Notes under the pieces: generated by a model
What the model was told of the DNA's origin: nothing
Database searches by the model: none
Seen by the model: only the letters and a program-made list of their open reading frames with translations
Translations under genes and position numbers: made by a program
Shown here: positions 18,256 through 27,823 of the stretch, piece by piece
How positions within the stretch are numbered: position 1 is the stretch's first letter
How the letters are laid out: each line of letters opens with the position of its first letter
Source: an uncultured Bacillales bacterium
GTDB lineage: Bacteria > Bacillota_I > Bacilli_A > RFN20 > CAG-826
DNA length: 64,000 bases
Assembly: GCA_903845135.1 (NCBI GenBank)
Contig: CAIMWL010000002.1
Location: 2,792-66,791 of the forward strand
Direction of reading: 5' to 3'

Positions 18256-18627
18256 TTAATCTTCGTCGTCTGATTTACGTTTCTTGGGTTTGTCATCATC
18301 TTCAGCATCGTCAGCCTCATCATCCTCATCAAAGGGATCCGCTTCTGCTTCTTCTCCACCTTCTTCGGCACCTTCAACTTCTCTAAACACCCCTCTAGCA
18401 TCATCATACAACTCTTTAAAAGTATATCGCGCTTTTAAGTCCCATTTATTGCTTCCAAGAGCAACAAAGCGACCATCTAAGGTCAGTAACTTATAAAATC
18501 GACCTAACTGTAAGGTATCTTTTTCATCCGTTTGTTTTTGAACATAAGCCCAAATATCTTTAAAGGTCACAGCCTTCTTTTTTGCAACAATAAATTCGTG
18601 GGCAAGTTCTAGCATTGATTTTGGCAT
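18256..18627 (-). CDS. rpoE: DNA-directed RNA polymerase delta subunit
   Basis: The N-terminal HARE-HTH-like domain is followed by an extremely acidic tail, EGAEEGGEEAEADPFDEDDEADDAEDDD. This gene is restricted to Firmicutes and Mollicutes. Confidence 0.75.
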   Translation of the reverse strand: MPKSMLELAHEFIVAKKKAVTFKDIWAYVQKQTDEKDTLQLGRFYKLLTLDGRFVALGSNKWDLKARYTFKELYDDARGVFREVEGAEEGGEEAEADPFDEDDEADDAEDDDKPKKRKSDDED

Positions 18628-18643
18628 AAGATGCTCCTTTTAT

Positions 18644-20263
18644 TTACATTTTATTCAGCGCGTTAATCCCGAAGATAGCCAAACTATTTTTTAAAACCTG
18701 TGCACTTGCTTTCACAAGTGCCAGTCTTGCGGCAGATAGTTTGGGTTGGTCACGGTCGATAACCCGCCTTATAGTATAGAAACTATGGGTATAACTTGCA
18801 AGTTGTTGTATATATTGTGCAATCATACTCGGTTCTCTAGCTTGGGCAGCTTGCATGACAGCCTGTGGGAATAGCCGAAGGTGCTTTAATAAATCTAACT
18901 CTTCATTCGTATCAAGACCGTTTCCAGCGGAATCAATACCAAGATCTTTACCACCTTCTAATAGGGACTGTAATCTTGCATGAGCATATTGGGCATAGTA
19001 AAGCGGATTGATATTACTTTTGGTTTTGGCAAGGTCTAAATCAAACTCAAGCGGGTTGTGATAGGATCTAGCAGCAATAAAATATCGCGCTGCATCTTTT
19101 CCGACTTCTTCAATCAGTTCACGCATGGTAATGCCTTTACCAGTGCGTTTACTCATCTTCACTTCAACACCATTTTCAGTGAGCGTTACTAATTGCATAA
19201 CCAAAATTTCGAGTGCATTGGTTGGATAACCCAACATCGCCAGTGCCGCTTTCATTCTCGCAATATAACCATGGTGGTCTGGACCAAGGATATCGATTAA
19301 TTGATCTTGGTTTCTGGATAATTTGTCTTGATGGTAAGCAATATCAGGTAAAAAATAGGTGTATTGTCCATCGCTTTTAATAAGGACTCTATCCTTATCA
19401 TCACCAAATGCAGTTGTTTTTAAATACGTGGCCCCTTGGTCTTGGTATAAAAATGGAGTTAATTTTTGAAGCGTTTTTTGAATATGACCTTCATTTCTTA
19501 CATCTTGTTCTGAGCGATAGACATCAAAGCGAACTCCCATCAAAATGAGGTCTTCTTGAATACGTTTTAATTGCTTTTCAACCCCGATTTTTTTAAAGAA
19601 GTTTTCGTCGAAAGTGGTAATTTTATCACCATATTGTTGGCGTATTTCTTTGGCAATTTCAATAATATCCTTACCAAAATATCCATCTTCAGGTAACGTG
19701 ACCTTTTCTCCAATCAACTCACGATACCTCATGAAAATGGATAGGGCTAAATTTCGAATTTGTCCACCGGCATCATTAACATAGAACTCTCGCGTCACCT
19801 TATACCCAATATTGTTGAGTAAAGTTGCAATCACATCGCCAAGCGCCGCGGCACGGGCATGGGCAACATGCATGGGCCCCGTGGGATTTGCAGAAACAAA
19901 TTCCAAGTTGATACGCTTACCTTGCCCAAATTGGCTCTTACCAAATTCGTCATGCAAACGAAGTATCTCTTCAATCACGGCAGTTAAGGTTTCTGTTTTA
20001 AGGAAAAAATTTAAGAAACCAGGACCTGCTACTTCCACTTTTTGGAGATTGGAATCGCTTAATGACGCGACTAATTGATTCGCTAAATCTATTGGTTTTA
20101 AAGTAAGATTTTTTGCAAATTTAAGACAAACATTCGTAGCATAATCACCAAATTTAGGATCTTTGGTTTTTTCAATCACGATGTCTTCAACTGAAACCTT
20201 CAATCCAAATTGGATTAAAGCTTTCTGCAATAGATTTTTAAGATGAGATTCAATGGCAATCAT
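18644..20263 (-). CDS. argS: Arginine--tRNA ligase
   Basis: 539 aa. Class I motifs PTGPMHVAHARAAALGD (HIGH region) and KMSKRTG are present. Confidence 0.9.
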   Translation of the reverse strand: MIAIESHLKNLLQKALIQFGLKVSVEDIVIEKTKDPKFGDYATNVCLKFAKNLTLKPIDLANQLVASLSDSNLQKVEVAGPGFLNFFLKTETLTAVIEEILRLHDEFGKSQFGQGKRINLEFVSANPTGPMHVAHARAAALGDVIATLLNNIGYKVTREFYVNDAGGQIRNLALSIFMRYRELIGEKVTLPEDGYFGKDIIEIAKEIRQQYGDKITTFDENFFKKIGVEKQLKRIQEDLILMGVRFDVYRSEQDVRNEGHIQKTLQKLTPFLYQDQGATYLKTTAFGDDKDRVLIKSDGQYTYFLPDIAYHQDKLSRNQDQLIDILGPDHHGYIARMKAALAMLGYPTNALEILVMQLVTLTENGVEVKMSKRTGKGITMRELIEEVGKDAARYFIAARSYHNPLEFDLDLAKTKSNINPLYYAQYAHARLQSLLEGGKDLGIDSAGNGLDTNEELDLLKHLRLFPQAVMQAAQAREPSMIAQYIQQLASYTHSFYTIRRVIDRDQPKLSAARLALVKASAQVLKNSLAIFGINALNKM

Positions 20264-21708
20264 GCTTGTAACCGTTTTAGTGTTAATTCTTTTCCAAGAA
20301 TGGGGATGATATTGGCTAATTCTGCACCATGTAATTGACCGGTTAATTTCAATCTTACAGGCATGAATAATGGTTTACCTTTTAAACCTGTTTCTGCTTG
20401 AATTGCTTTAAATATTTCTTTAATATTTGGCCCTTGTATATCTTGAAGTTGACTAAATTTTTGAATAAATAATGCGAGTGCTTTTTTCCCATCTTGACTT
20501 TGCAAAAGCGAAGTAGCTTCATCATCAAAATTAAAAGTTGGTTGCAGAATTGGTTTGACTAAATCAACGATTTGTAGGCCATACGCAAGTTGGTCCTTGA
20601 AGGTTTTAGCTAATTGGATAACTGATTGTTCTTTTAATTGATCAATACCAGGTACCTTTTGAATAAATGGAGAAATAAAATGCCAATAAGCATCTTCAGG
20701 CATTTGTTTAAGATAATGGTTGTTTAACCAATTCATTTTTTGTGGATCAAACATGGATGGAGACGAAGATAGGCGTTTGGCATCGAAAGCGGCAATCGCT
20801 TGCGCTTTGGTAAAAATTTCTTGGGTTCCTTCTGGAGACCAACCTAACAATAAAATGAAATTAAAAATTGCTTCCGGTAAATATCCCATATCTCGGTATT
20901 GAGACATAAATTGAACAATCGAAGCATCACGTTTTGACAGTTTCTTACCATGTTCATTGACAATAATTGTCATATGACCAAATTGAGGCATTGGAAATTG
21001 TAAATAGCGATAAACTTGGATTTGTTTTGGGGTATTCGAGAGATGTTCTTCACCACGAAAAACATGCGTTATATCCATTAAATAATCATCGATAACGACA
21101 GCAAAGTTATACGTAGGAATTCCGTTTGATTTGATCAGTACCCAATCGCCAATATCATCATTATTGAATGAGACTGGTCCTCTTACCATATCTTCAAAAG
21201 CAATCGTTAAATGGTCTTCGAGTTTGATGCGGATGACTGGTTTTCTCCCTTGAGCGATAAAATTATTTTTTTCTGCAATTGATAAGTGAAGACAGCGACG
21301 ATTGTATTGAGGAGCAGCGATACCTCTAGCAAGTTGCTCTTCTCGAGAACGTTCTAATTCTTCTTCAGAGCAAAAACATTCGTATGCATGACCTTGTTTC
21401 ACTAATTGTTGAGCGTACTTTTGATAGGTGTTTAATCTTTCCATTTGCCGATAAGGAGCATATTTTGGATTGGGTTCAAGCGGCGATTCATCTGGGATAA
21501 TGCCTAGCCATTTAAGATCGCGTATTTGACTGACTTCGCCACCTTCGACGTTTCGTTCAATGTCAGTGTCTTCAATGCGAATAATAAATTGCCCTTGATG
21601 CTTTTTTGCAAATAAGTAGTTAAACAATGCACTGCGAGCCCCGCCAATATGTAAAAAGCCAGTGGGTGATGGTGCATAACGAACACGAATTTTCTTTGGA
21701 TCAAGCAT
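20260..21708 (-). CDS. gltX: Glutamate--tRNA ligase
   Basis: RYAPSPTGFLHIGGARSALFNY and KLSKR motifs. Its 4-nt overlap with argS indicates an operon. Confidence 0.9.
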   Translation of the reverse strand: MLDPKKIRVRYAPSPTGFLHIGGARSALFNYLFAKKHQGQFIIRIEDTDIERNVEGGEVSQIRDLKWLGIIPDESPLEPNPKYAPYRQMERLNTYQKYAQQLVKQGHAYECFCSEEELERSREEQLARGIAAPQYNRRCLHLSIAEKNNFIAQGRKPVIRIKLEDHLTIAFEDMVRGPVSFNNDDIGDWVLIKSNGIPTYNFAVVIDDYLMDITHVFRGEEHLSNTPKQIQVYRYLQFPMPQFGHMTIIVNEHGKKLSKRDASIVQFMSQYRDMGYLPEAIFNFILLLGWSPEGTQEIFTKAQAIAAFDAKRLSSSPSMFDPQKMNWLNNHYLKQMPEDAYWHFISPFIQKVPGIDQLKEQSVIQLAKTFKDQLAYGLQIVDLVKPILQPTFNFDDEATSLLQSQDGKKALALFIQKFSQLQDIQGPNIKEIFKAIQAETGLKGKPLFMPVRLKLTGQLHGAELANIIPILGKELTLKRLQA

Positions 21709-21710
21709 AG

Positions 21711-22829
21711 TTATACGTTAAATCGGAAAAAGATGATGTCGCCATCTTTCACGATATATTCCTTTCCTTCCATTCTTAATTTTCCTGCTTCTTTTACCGC
21801 AATTTCGGATTTAAGTTTGTAAATATCATCATAATGGTAAACTTCAGCTTTAATGAATCCTTTTTCAAAATCAGTATGAATCACACCGGCAGCTTGAGGC
21901 GCAGTCATTCCTTGTTGGAACGTCCAGGCTCGACATTCATCTTCACCTACGGTGAAATAGGTTGCTAAATTTAATAATCGATAGGTCGCTCTCACCAAAG
22001 GATTTAAACCTGGCTCAGCAATCCCAAGCGACGTCAAAAACTCTTTTTTTTCTGCTTCAGGTAATTTAGAAATTTGCGACTCAATTTCACAAGAAATCGC
22101 CACGACCTGTGCTCCTTCTTTTGTGGCCCGTTTTAACACTTGTTGATAATAATGATTACCAGATAATTGACCATAACCATCTTCGGCAATGTTTGCCACA
22201 TACAAAATTGGTTTGTTGGTCAGTAATTGATATTCTTGATTGAGCAGCAATCTTTGTTCAATTGTAAGCGTAGCCAAGCGAGCAGGAATGCCATTCATCA
22301 ATTGGGGTTTTAAAACTTGGAGCATTGCCAATTCTGCGATAGCTTGTTTATCATTGCCTCTTGCTTTTGAATTTACTTTATCTAAACGCCTTTGAATGGC
22401 ATCTAAATCGGCTAGAATTAATTCTAAATTAATGATGTCCATGTCTCTTTCAGGATTGACTGAATTTTCAACATGAATAATTTCAGCCGAATCAAAACAC
22501 CGCACAACCTGAACGATGGCATCTGCTTCGCGAATCGCGGCTAGAAACTGATTGCCAAGACCTTCACCCTTTGCCGCACCTTTGACGAGACCTGCAATAT
22601 CAACAAACTCAACGGTCGCCTCAATTGTTTTTTTAGGTTTAAAGAGGGAGGTTAAAAATTCCAAACGCGAATCTTGAACCGCCACGACACCTGTATTGGG
22701 ATTGATTGTCGCAAAAGGATAATTAGCCGCTTCAACCGAAGCATTTGTAATTGCATTAAATAGTGTGGATTTACCAACGTTGGGTAACCCCACGATACCA
22801 GCTTTTAATCCCATATTGACCTCAATCAT
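21711..22829 (-). CDS. ychF: Ribosome-binding ATPase YchF
   Basis: P-loop AGIVGLPNVGKSTLFNAIT and a C-terminal TGS domain. 372 aa. Confidence 0.9.
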   Translation of the reverse strand: MIEVNMGLKAGIVGLPNVGKSTLFNAITNASVEAANYPFATINPNTGVVAVQDSRLEFLTSLFKPKKTIEATVEFVDIAGLVKGAAKGEGLGNQFLAAIREADAIVQVVRCFDSAEIIHVENSVNPERDMDIINLELILADLDAIQRRLDKVNSKARGNDKQAIAELAMLQVLKPQLMNGIPARLATLTIEQRLLLNQEYQLLTNKPILYVANIAEDGYGQLSGNHYYQQVLKRATKEGAQVVAISCEIESQISKLPEAEKKEFLTSLGIAEPGLNPLVRATYRLLNLATYFTVGEDECRAWTFQQGMTAPQAAGVIHTDFEKGFIKAEVYHYDDIYKLKSEIAVKEAGKLRMEGKEYIVKDGDIIFFRFNV

Positions 22830-22849
22830 TATAAAGGAAATAGCGAATG

Positions 22850-22884
22850 AAAGAAATAAAAAAGTCGCCCTAAGGCGACTTTTG
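22850..22884 (-). terminator. Rho-independent terminator after cspA
   Basis: Minus strand reads AAGTCGCC-TTAG-GGCGACTT followed by TTTTTATTTC. Confidence 0.7.
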
Positions 22885-22907
22885 TCTTAGCACTAATTTA
22901 TCAAAAA

Positions 22908-23111
22908 TTACCGAGGTAACTTTTTAATATTTTTGGCGCGTGGACCACGATCGGAAGCTTCAACTTCGAATTCCACTGGTTCCCCAGTTTCGGCGGTTTT
23001 GTAACCGTCCATAAGAATCGAAGAATGATGGAAAAAGACATCTTTTCCGTCTTCAGTGCGAATGAAGCCGTAGCCTTTTTCTTTGTTGAACATCTTGACT
23101 GAGCCTTTCAT
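22908..23111 (-). CDS. cspA: Cold-shock protein (CspA family)
   Basis: 67 aa. RNP motifs KGYGFI and VFFHHS are present. A roughly 90-nt 5' leader follows a TGGTATTAT extended -10. Confidence 0.9.
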   Translation of the reverse strand: MKGSVKMFNKEKGYGFIRTEDGKDVFFHHSSILMDGYKTAETGEPVEFEVEASDRGPRAKNIKKLPR

Positions 23112-23208
23112 CGAAAACCTAAACCTTTCAATTAGTATTAGTAGAAGCTAACATTTTGCTGCTACGCAAAAGATAATACCATAACTAAATTAAAAAGATA
23201 GAGAAATG

Positions 23209-25815
23209 TTAATTAATTTGTAAATTTGTTTTTAGAACCCACATTTGTAGGTGAGTTGAAACTAGGTAAAAACTGGTTGAAAATATCATAAAAATGGTGA
23301 GAGATTCCCAAGGAAATTCATATGCCAAGGATAGATAAAAGTATTGACCTAACCAATGTTTTAGAAGTAAATCCAATAGGGTCATCATCCAGAGTGTAGG
23401 AGCGACAACTTCGCTTGCTGATAAGATAAATTTTGTAACATACCAATGGTTGATGAATAACCAAGGTGCGCCAAAAGCTTTGAGGGTTTTTAAAGGTTTT
23501 TGATCAGAAATAAAGGATTGAATAGAATAATAAAAAAATAACACTAATAAAGGAAAGCCAACAAATAAGCACCATATTCCAAGTATGAAAACCATGGTTT
23601 GCAAAATATCGTTTATTGAATCTTGAACCTGCTTGAGGGGATTGATGGACTCAAACCCTTCTGGAATCGATATCTGTTCATAGAATATCAAAGCTTCTGG
23701 CTCGAGTAGGTAACTCGGTACCCCAGCGTGAATCATTAACCAATGGGATAGCCAATGAGGGTAGTGAAAGAGCCAATGACCATCCATCTCTCTTGTGCCA
23801 ACAATTTTGAGCATAGATTGCTTCATCTCACTAAGATGACCATTTTCATTTAAAGTAGGAAAAATGCCATGATCTATATAAATAAAATCGCCAACTTGAA
23901 GATTCCACCTGGTCATTAATTGCTTTGATACAATCACTTCGTCTATCGCCAAGGATTGATCATTGAGATCAGTTTTAAGTTTCACGCTTGTGCCAGGATT
24001 TGCAAGTAAATAACCAATCGTAGTTTGAGGTGGGGGAATTACATTTAGCCAATCAAACGGTTCCTCTAATTGCTTTATAGTTTCTAAATATGCATGATTT
24101 CCTTGAAGGGTAGGGTTAAAAAATAACGGTTGTGCAAACCCACTTAATTTTTGATCAGGATAGTAATGATACCCAAATTGGGAATGATAATGAAAAGTTT
24201 TTTCCCTTAAATGAAAATCGTAAAATCCTCTTCTTGGAACTCGCGATTTGTAAATTTGCCAACCTAATAATGGATGCCGTTGTAGATGATAGGTTTGCCA
24301 ACGATAATCATCCTGCCATAGTTTCAAAAAGGCTAGGTCATCTTTGACCTTGATAACCGTGGTTTTAGCAACCCTCCAAGGTTGAAATTCATAGACCTCT
24401 TCAATACCACGAGTTGGCAATCTCATTCGTTCTTCATAGATTTTTTGAGGGTAATCCATGTGCGGATGATACCATCTTGGTAAATCAGTTAAATCAATGC
24501 TTCTCAGTGTAAAAAGTATTTGATCCTGATAGTGCCATTCTGGGACATGAATTTTGAGATAAATGCTTAATGGACTGTTAGAAAGTACAGCATTAATAGA
24601 GTTCAAGGTAGGAAAACAATTTAAAGTTTTAGAAAGCATTCTAAGATGGTGATGTTGCAGCCCAAGCATTACATCTTCTTCTTTAAAATCAATTATCTTT
24701 AAAGGCGGATTCAAGCTGGGTGGTTTCTCTGTCATATTAATCAAACCCAAATCGATGTCTTTCAATGTCATTTCAAATCCATTTTGTTCGATATAAAAAC
24801 GATGATATGGTTTTAAAAATTCAAAATAGGATTCATCATAATAACTTCTTAATTCAAAACTAAAGGGAAGGGAGTTGAATATCGTATCGAATGAATGGGA
24901 GGATTCTAATTCAATTTCTTCGCTAAGTTGAGGTTTTACATATTGGTACTGACCTCCTATCATCGTCTCGGTAATTCTTATGAATTCTTTGCCAACAAGC
25001 ACCATCAACGAAATCATCACCCCAATAGTCGCTAAAACAAAAGTTTGAAAGAGATGAATTCGTTTTCTATATTTTTGAAATTTTCGTTGTCGATAATGAA
25101 ATTTGAAATACCATGTGAATGGAAGATTCATTCTAGATGAAACAGGCACCATCTTTGCCTTTTTTGGATTGATTTGAAACTCTTGGTGTTCTGGTTTTGC
25201 TAAGTTAAGATGGCCATCTATTATCACACCATCATGAAGTGCTTGATGAGAACTCATCACAATCAGTTGATGTTGTTTCACCATCGTTAATAATTGATAA
25301 ATCTTTTGTCGATTCGCGTAATCTAGACCAGTAGTCGGTTCATCAAGTAATAAGATTTTCGTTTGACCCATACAGGCAAGTAAAATCGCAAAACGTTGTT
25401 GCTGACCACGCGATAAAGTAGAAATCGTTTGCTTATTATTGACCTCCATTTGAAACTGTTGAATGAAGCTTTTCAAATAAGGTTTGAAAAAATCCCCTTT
25501 TAAATGCCTGATAATTTCAAAGTGATCTTCAACTGTGGCGTGAGGAATTAGTTCAACTTCTTGTTGGACGGAAGCAAGATAGAGTCTGCGAAAATCATGT
25601 TGCGCTTGACGATTAAGCAAAGAGAGTTCAATGCCATCAAATCTTAAGCGTCCTGAATAACTCTCATTTAATTGTAAAATCTTTAGTAACGTTGTTTTTC
25701 CACTTCCGCTTGGACCGGTTAACAGAATCAAACCTTGATTAGGTAGTTGGAATGATAATTGGGAAAACAATACATCTTTGCCAAAACATTTTTCTATCGC
25801 AATCGCTTCAAGCAT
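23209..25815 (-). CDS. Fused ABC ATP-binding domain + FtsX/MacB-type permease with an extracytoplasmic domain of about 450 aa
   Basis: The N-terminal roughly 210 aa carry Walker A GPSGSGKTT, signature LSRGQQQRF, Walker B LLLDEPTTGLD and H-loop SSHQ. TM1 reads LFQTFVLATIGVMISLMVLVG. A long hydrophilic domain follows, then three C-terminal TM helices in an FtsX-like layout. The ATGCTTGA sequence gives an 8-nt overlap with the upstream paralogue. Confidence 0.7.
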   Translation of the reverse strand: MLEAIAIEKCFGKDVLFSQLSFQLPNQGLILLTGPSGSGKTTLLKILQLNESYSGRLRFDGIELSLLNRQAQHDFRRLYLASVQQEVELIPHATVEDHFEIIRHLKGDFFKPYLKSFIQQFQMEVNNKQTISTLSRGQQQRFAILLACMGQTKILLLDEPTTGLDYANRQKIYQLLTMVKQHQLIVMSSHQALHDGVIIDGHLNLAKPEHQEFQINPKKAKMVPVSSRMNLPFTWYFKFHYRQRKFQKYRKRIHLFQTFVLATIGVMISLMVLVGKEFIRITETMIGGQYQYVKPQLSEEIELESSHSFDTIFNSLPFSFELRSYYDESYFEFLKPYHRFYIEQNGFEMTLKDIDLGLINMTEKPPSLNPPLKIIDFKEEDVMLGLQHHHLRMLSKTLNCFPTLNSINAVLSNSPLSIYLKIHVPEWHYQDQILFTLRSIDLTDLPRWYHPHMDYPQKIYEERMRLPTRGIEEVYEFQPWRVAKTTVIKVKDDLAFLKLWQDDYRWQTYHLQRHPLLGWQIYKSRVPRRGFYDFHLREKTFHYHSQFGYHYYPDQKLSGFAQPLFFNPTLQGNHAYLETIKQLEEPFDWLNVIPPPQTTIGYLLANPGTSVKLKTDLNDQSLAIDEVIVSKQLMTRWNLQVGDFIYIDHGIFPTLNENGHLSEMKQSMLKIVGTREMDGHWLFHYPHWLSHWLMIHAGVPSYLLEPEALIFYEQISIPEGFESINPLKQVQDSINDILQTMVFILGIWCLFVGFPLLVLFFYYSIQSFISDQKPLKTLKAFGAPWLFINHWYVTKFILSASEVVAPTLWMMTLLDLLLKHWLGQYFYLSLAYEFPWESLTIFMIFSTSFYLVSTHLQMWVLKTNLQIN

Positions 25816-27610
25816 AATGGAATATTTTTTTCAAAAATAACTTAAGCATTTCTAAAGCGACCCAAATGATGATTTGCAAAAATAAAAGCACACATATAGA
25901 CGGCATTGCAAACAGTCGTTGAGATGCCATCATAATCGCCAAGATTGATAAAGTTGCACCATGTAATAGGGTTGAATTGAATTCACTTTTAAGCGTGAGA
26001 TGAAACCAAATCTTTTCGAAGGATTGATGCAATGCAATCATCCAACGCCAATGACGATGATATCGTTGATAGATCCAATGTAATCTTGACCACCACAACA
26101 CGATCCAAATCAAAATCAACATGATAATCATTATTGGAAAAAAACTTAACAATGGTTTCAACAATGGCGTAATTAGTGGGTACGTTTTTTCAGTGGGAGT
26201 GGTAAATCGCCAATTCTGACTCGATAACTTTTTAAGTTGAAGTCTACAGATGGGGTCAGGGATATACATTAAAGCGTGTGAAGGTGGTAGCAGATTAGCG
26301 TAAACCTCTAGATAACTCTTAGGGGTATTTTCAATCCAAATGGTTTGGTAAGTGAGAATACTTAACCACTGCCAATATGAAAGCAATAATTGAGGGGGCT
26401 CAAACCAAGTTAAAGGCATTCTTTGAAATAAATGATTAATGGGACCTGAAAAGGTTAATGGACCAGATAAATTAGGTAATGATAAGGTTGATAATGTAAG
26501 GGTTTTTGGCAACGTTAGATGAGGATAAATCCAGGCTGCAGATAAGTGTTGATGATCAAATGGTAAGTCTACGAATCGTATCGTCACTTGCACTTGATTC
26601 ATGATTATCGTTTTCGGAAACCAAGCTGATATATCCGTTAGCCAGTGCATAGGCAATGACGCTTCAAAGAGCCCTTGAAAACTTCCATGATTAGGATAAG
26701 TGGTTCTAACCAATTGGAATGGTGAATCATGAATGGGAGTCTGTTCGATTTCAACTACTTCTAACCAAGGATCTTCCTGAATTTGTTTATCAAATTGAGT
26801 CGCTTGGTCCTGAAGTTGAAAAGTAAAAGCGGTTAAACTAAAAATAGCAATTTGAATCATCGAAATTGCGAACATAAAGACCTTGCTTATTAACGTTGGG
26901 CGATTTAGTTTTTCTAGAATACGAAACCATCTTTTCCAGATATTTAAATCATCCCTTTTTTGATTCATCAAAGAGTTTGTTATCGCGATTAAATTTTTTT
27001 GATGGAATTTGATAGAAGTTTTAAATGATGAATGCAATTGCAATTCAATATGTGAATTTTCAATTAATTTTTGATCATGGGTCGCAATCAAAATTAGTTT
27101 TTGTTGTGCTTGAATTTTCAAAAATTCAATCAGTTTGTTGCGATTCGCTTCGTCAAGCGCATGCGTAGGTTCATCCAGTAAATACACGGAAGCCGGTTGG
27201 TGCAAAAAAATGATAATTTTTAAACGAACTTGTTGACCAATCGATAATTGATGATAGGGTCTATCAAGTGCCTCATCCGTAAACCCCAAATCCTTAAACT
27301 GAACTTGTTGAATTTCTTGATGAAGATAATCTCTCACTTTCCATTGGGGAATTAAAGCGAGTTGATCGGATAAATAAACCGGCGGCATCGACTTAGCAGA
27401 TGCAGGCAGGATGACTCTACCCCTTTGCGGGTGAATCAATTTGGCAATTACTTTTAATAACGAGGATTTTCCAATCCCTGAATCACCGGTAATCACCACC
27501 ATCCCAAGATCAGGAAACTGATAATTGAGACGATTCAAAATATACTTTTTCTTTTGATTTGATAATCGATAATATAATGATAAGTTTTGAAATTTCATCT
27601 CCCTTATCAA
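25808..27610 (-). CDS. Fused ABC ATP-binding domain + FtsX/MacB-type permease, paralogue of the downstream gene
   Basis: Walker A GDSGIGKSS, signature LSIGQQVRL, Walker B YLLDEPTHALD, H-loop ATHD. TM1 is followed by an extracytoplasmic domain of about 240 aa and three C-terminal TMs. The annotated start at 27610 is TTG, and an in-frame ATG lies at 27598. Confidence 0.7.
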   Translation of the reverse strand: MIREMKFQNLSLYYRLSNQKKKYILNRLNYQFPDLGMVVITGDSGIGKSSLLKVIAKLIHPQRGRVILPASAKSMPPVYLSDQLALIPQWKVRDYLHQEIQQVQFKDLGFTDEALDRPYHQLSIGQQVRLKIIIFLHQPASVYLLDEPTHALDEANRNKLIEFLKIQAQQKLILIATHDQKLIENSHIELQLHSSFKTSIKFHQKNLIAITNSLMNQKRDDLNIWKRWFRILEKLNRPTLISKVFMFAISMIQIAIFSLTAFTFQLQDQATQFDKQIQEDPWLEVVEIEQTPIHDSPFQLVRTTYPNHGSFQGLFEASLPMHWLTDISAWFPKTIIMNQVQVTIRFVDLPFDHQHLSAAWIYPHLTLPKTLTLSTLSLPNLSGPLTFSGPINHLFQRMPLTWFEPPQLLLSYWQWLSILTYQTIWIENTPKSYLEVYANLLPPSHALMYIPDPICRLQLKKLSSQNWRFTTPTEKTYPLITPLLKPLLSFFPIMIIMLILIWIVLWWSRLHWIYQRYHRHWRWMIALHQSFEKIWFHLTLKSEFNSTLLHGATLSILAIMMASQRLFAMPSICVLLFLQIIIWVALEMLKLFLKKIFHYA

Positions 27611-27622
27611 TAGGGTTTTACT

Positions 27623-27823
27623 TTAGGGGTTGGTTGGAAAGATTTTGCGGATTTGATGGTTAAAATGATCGCGAGTCAACATCAAAACATTCCCACAACC
27701 TAGACACTTAATTTTAATATCCGCACCAATTTTAACAATCATAAACCTCGTCGATCGTTGTAAACAAGGATGGGGTTTTTTCATCTCGACAATGGTACCA
27801 AGGGTATATTGCAAATCGATCAT
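27623..27823 (-). CDS. DUF951-like small protein (YyzM-like), possible zinc ribbon
   Basis: 66 aa with VEMKKPHPC...IKCLGCGNVLMLTR. Its ATGA sequence overlaps the miaA stop. Confidence 0.5.
   Translation of the reverse strand: MIDLQYTLGTIVEMKKPHPCLQRSTRFMIVKIGADIKIKCLGCGNVLMLTRDHFNHQIRKIFPTNP

Noticed and set aside
18284-18496. 70-aa Ser-rich plus-strand ORF
   Set aside because: It is antisense to the acidic Asp/Glu-rich tail of rpoE. GAT/GAA repeats read as Ser codons on the opposite strand.
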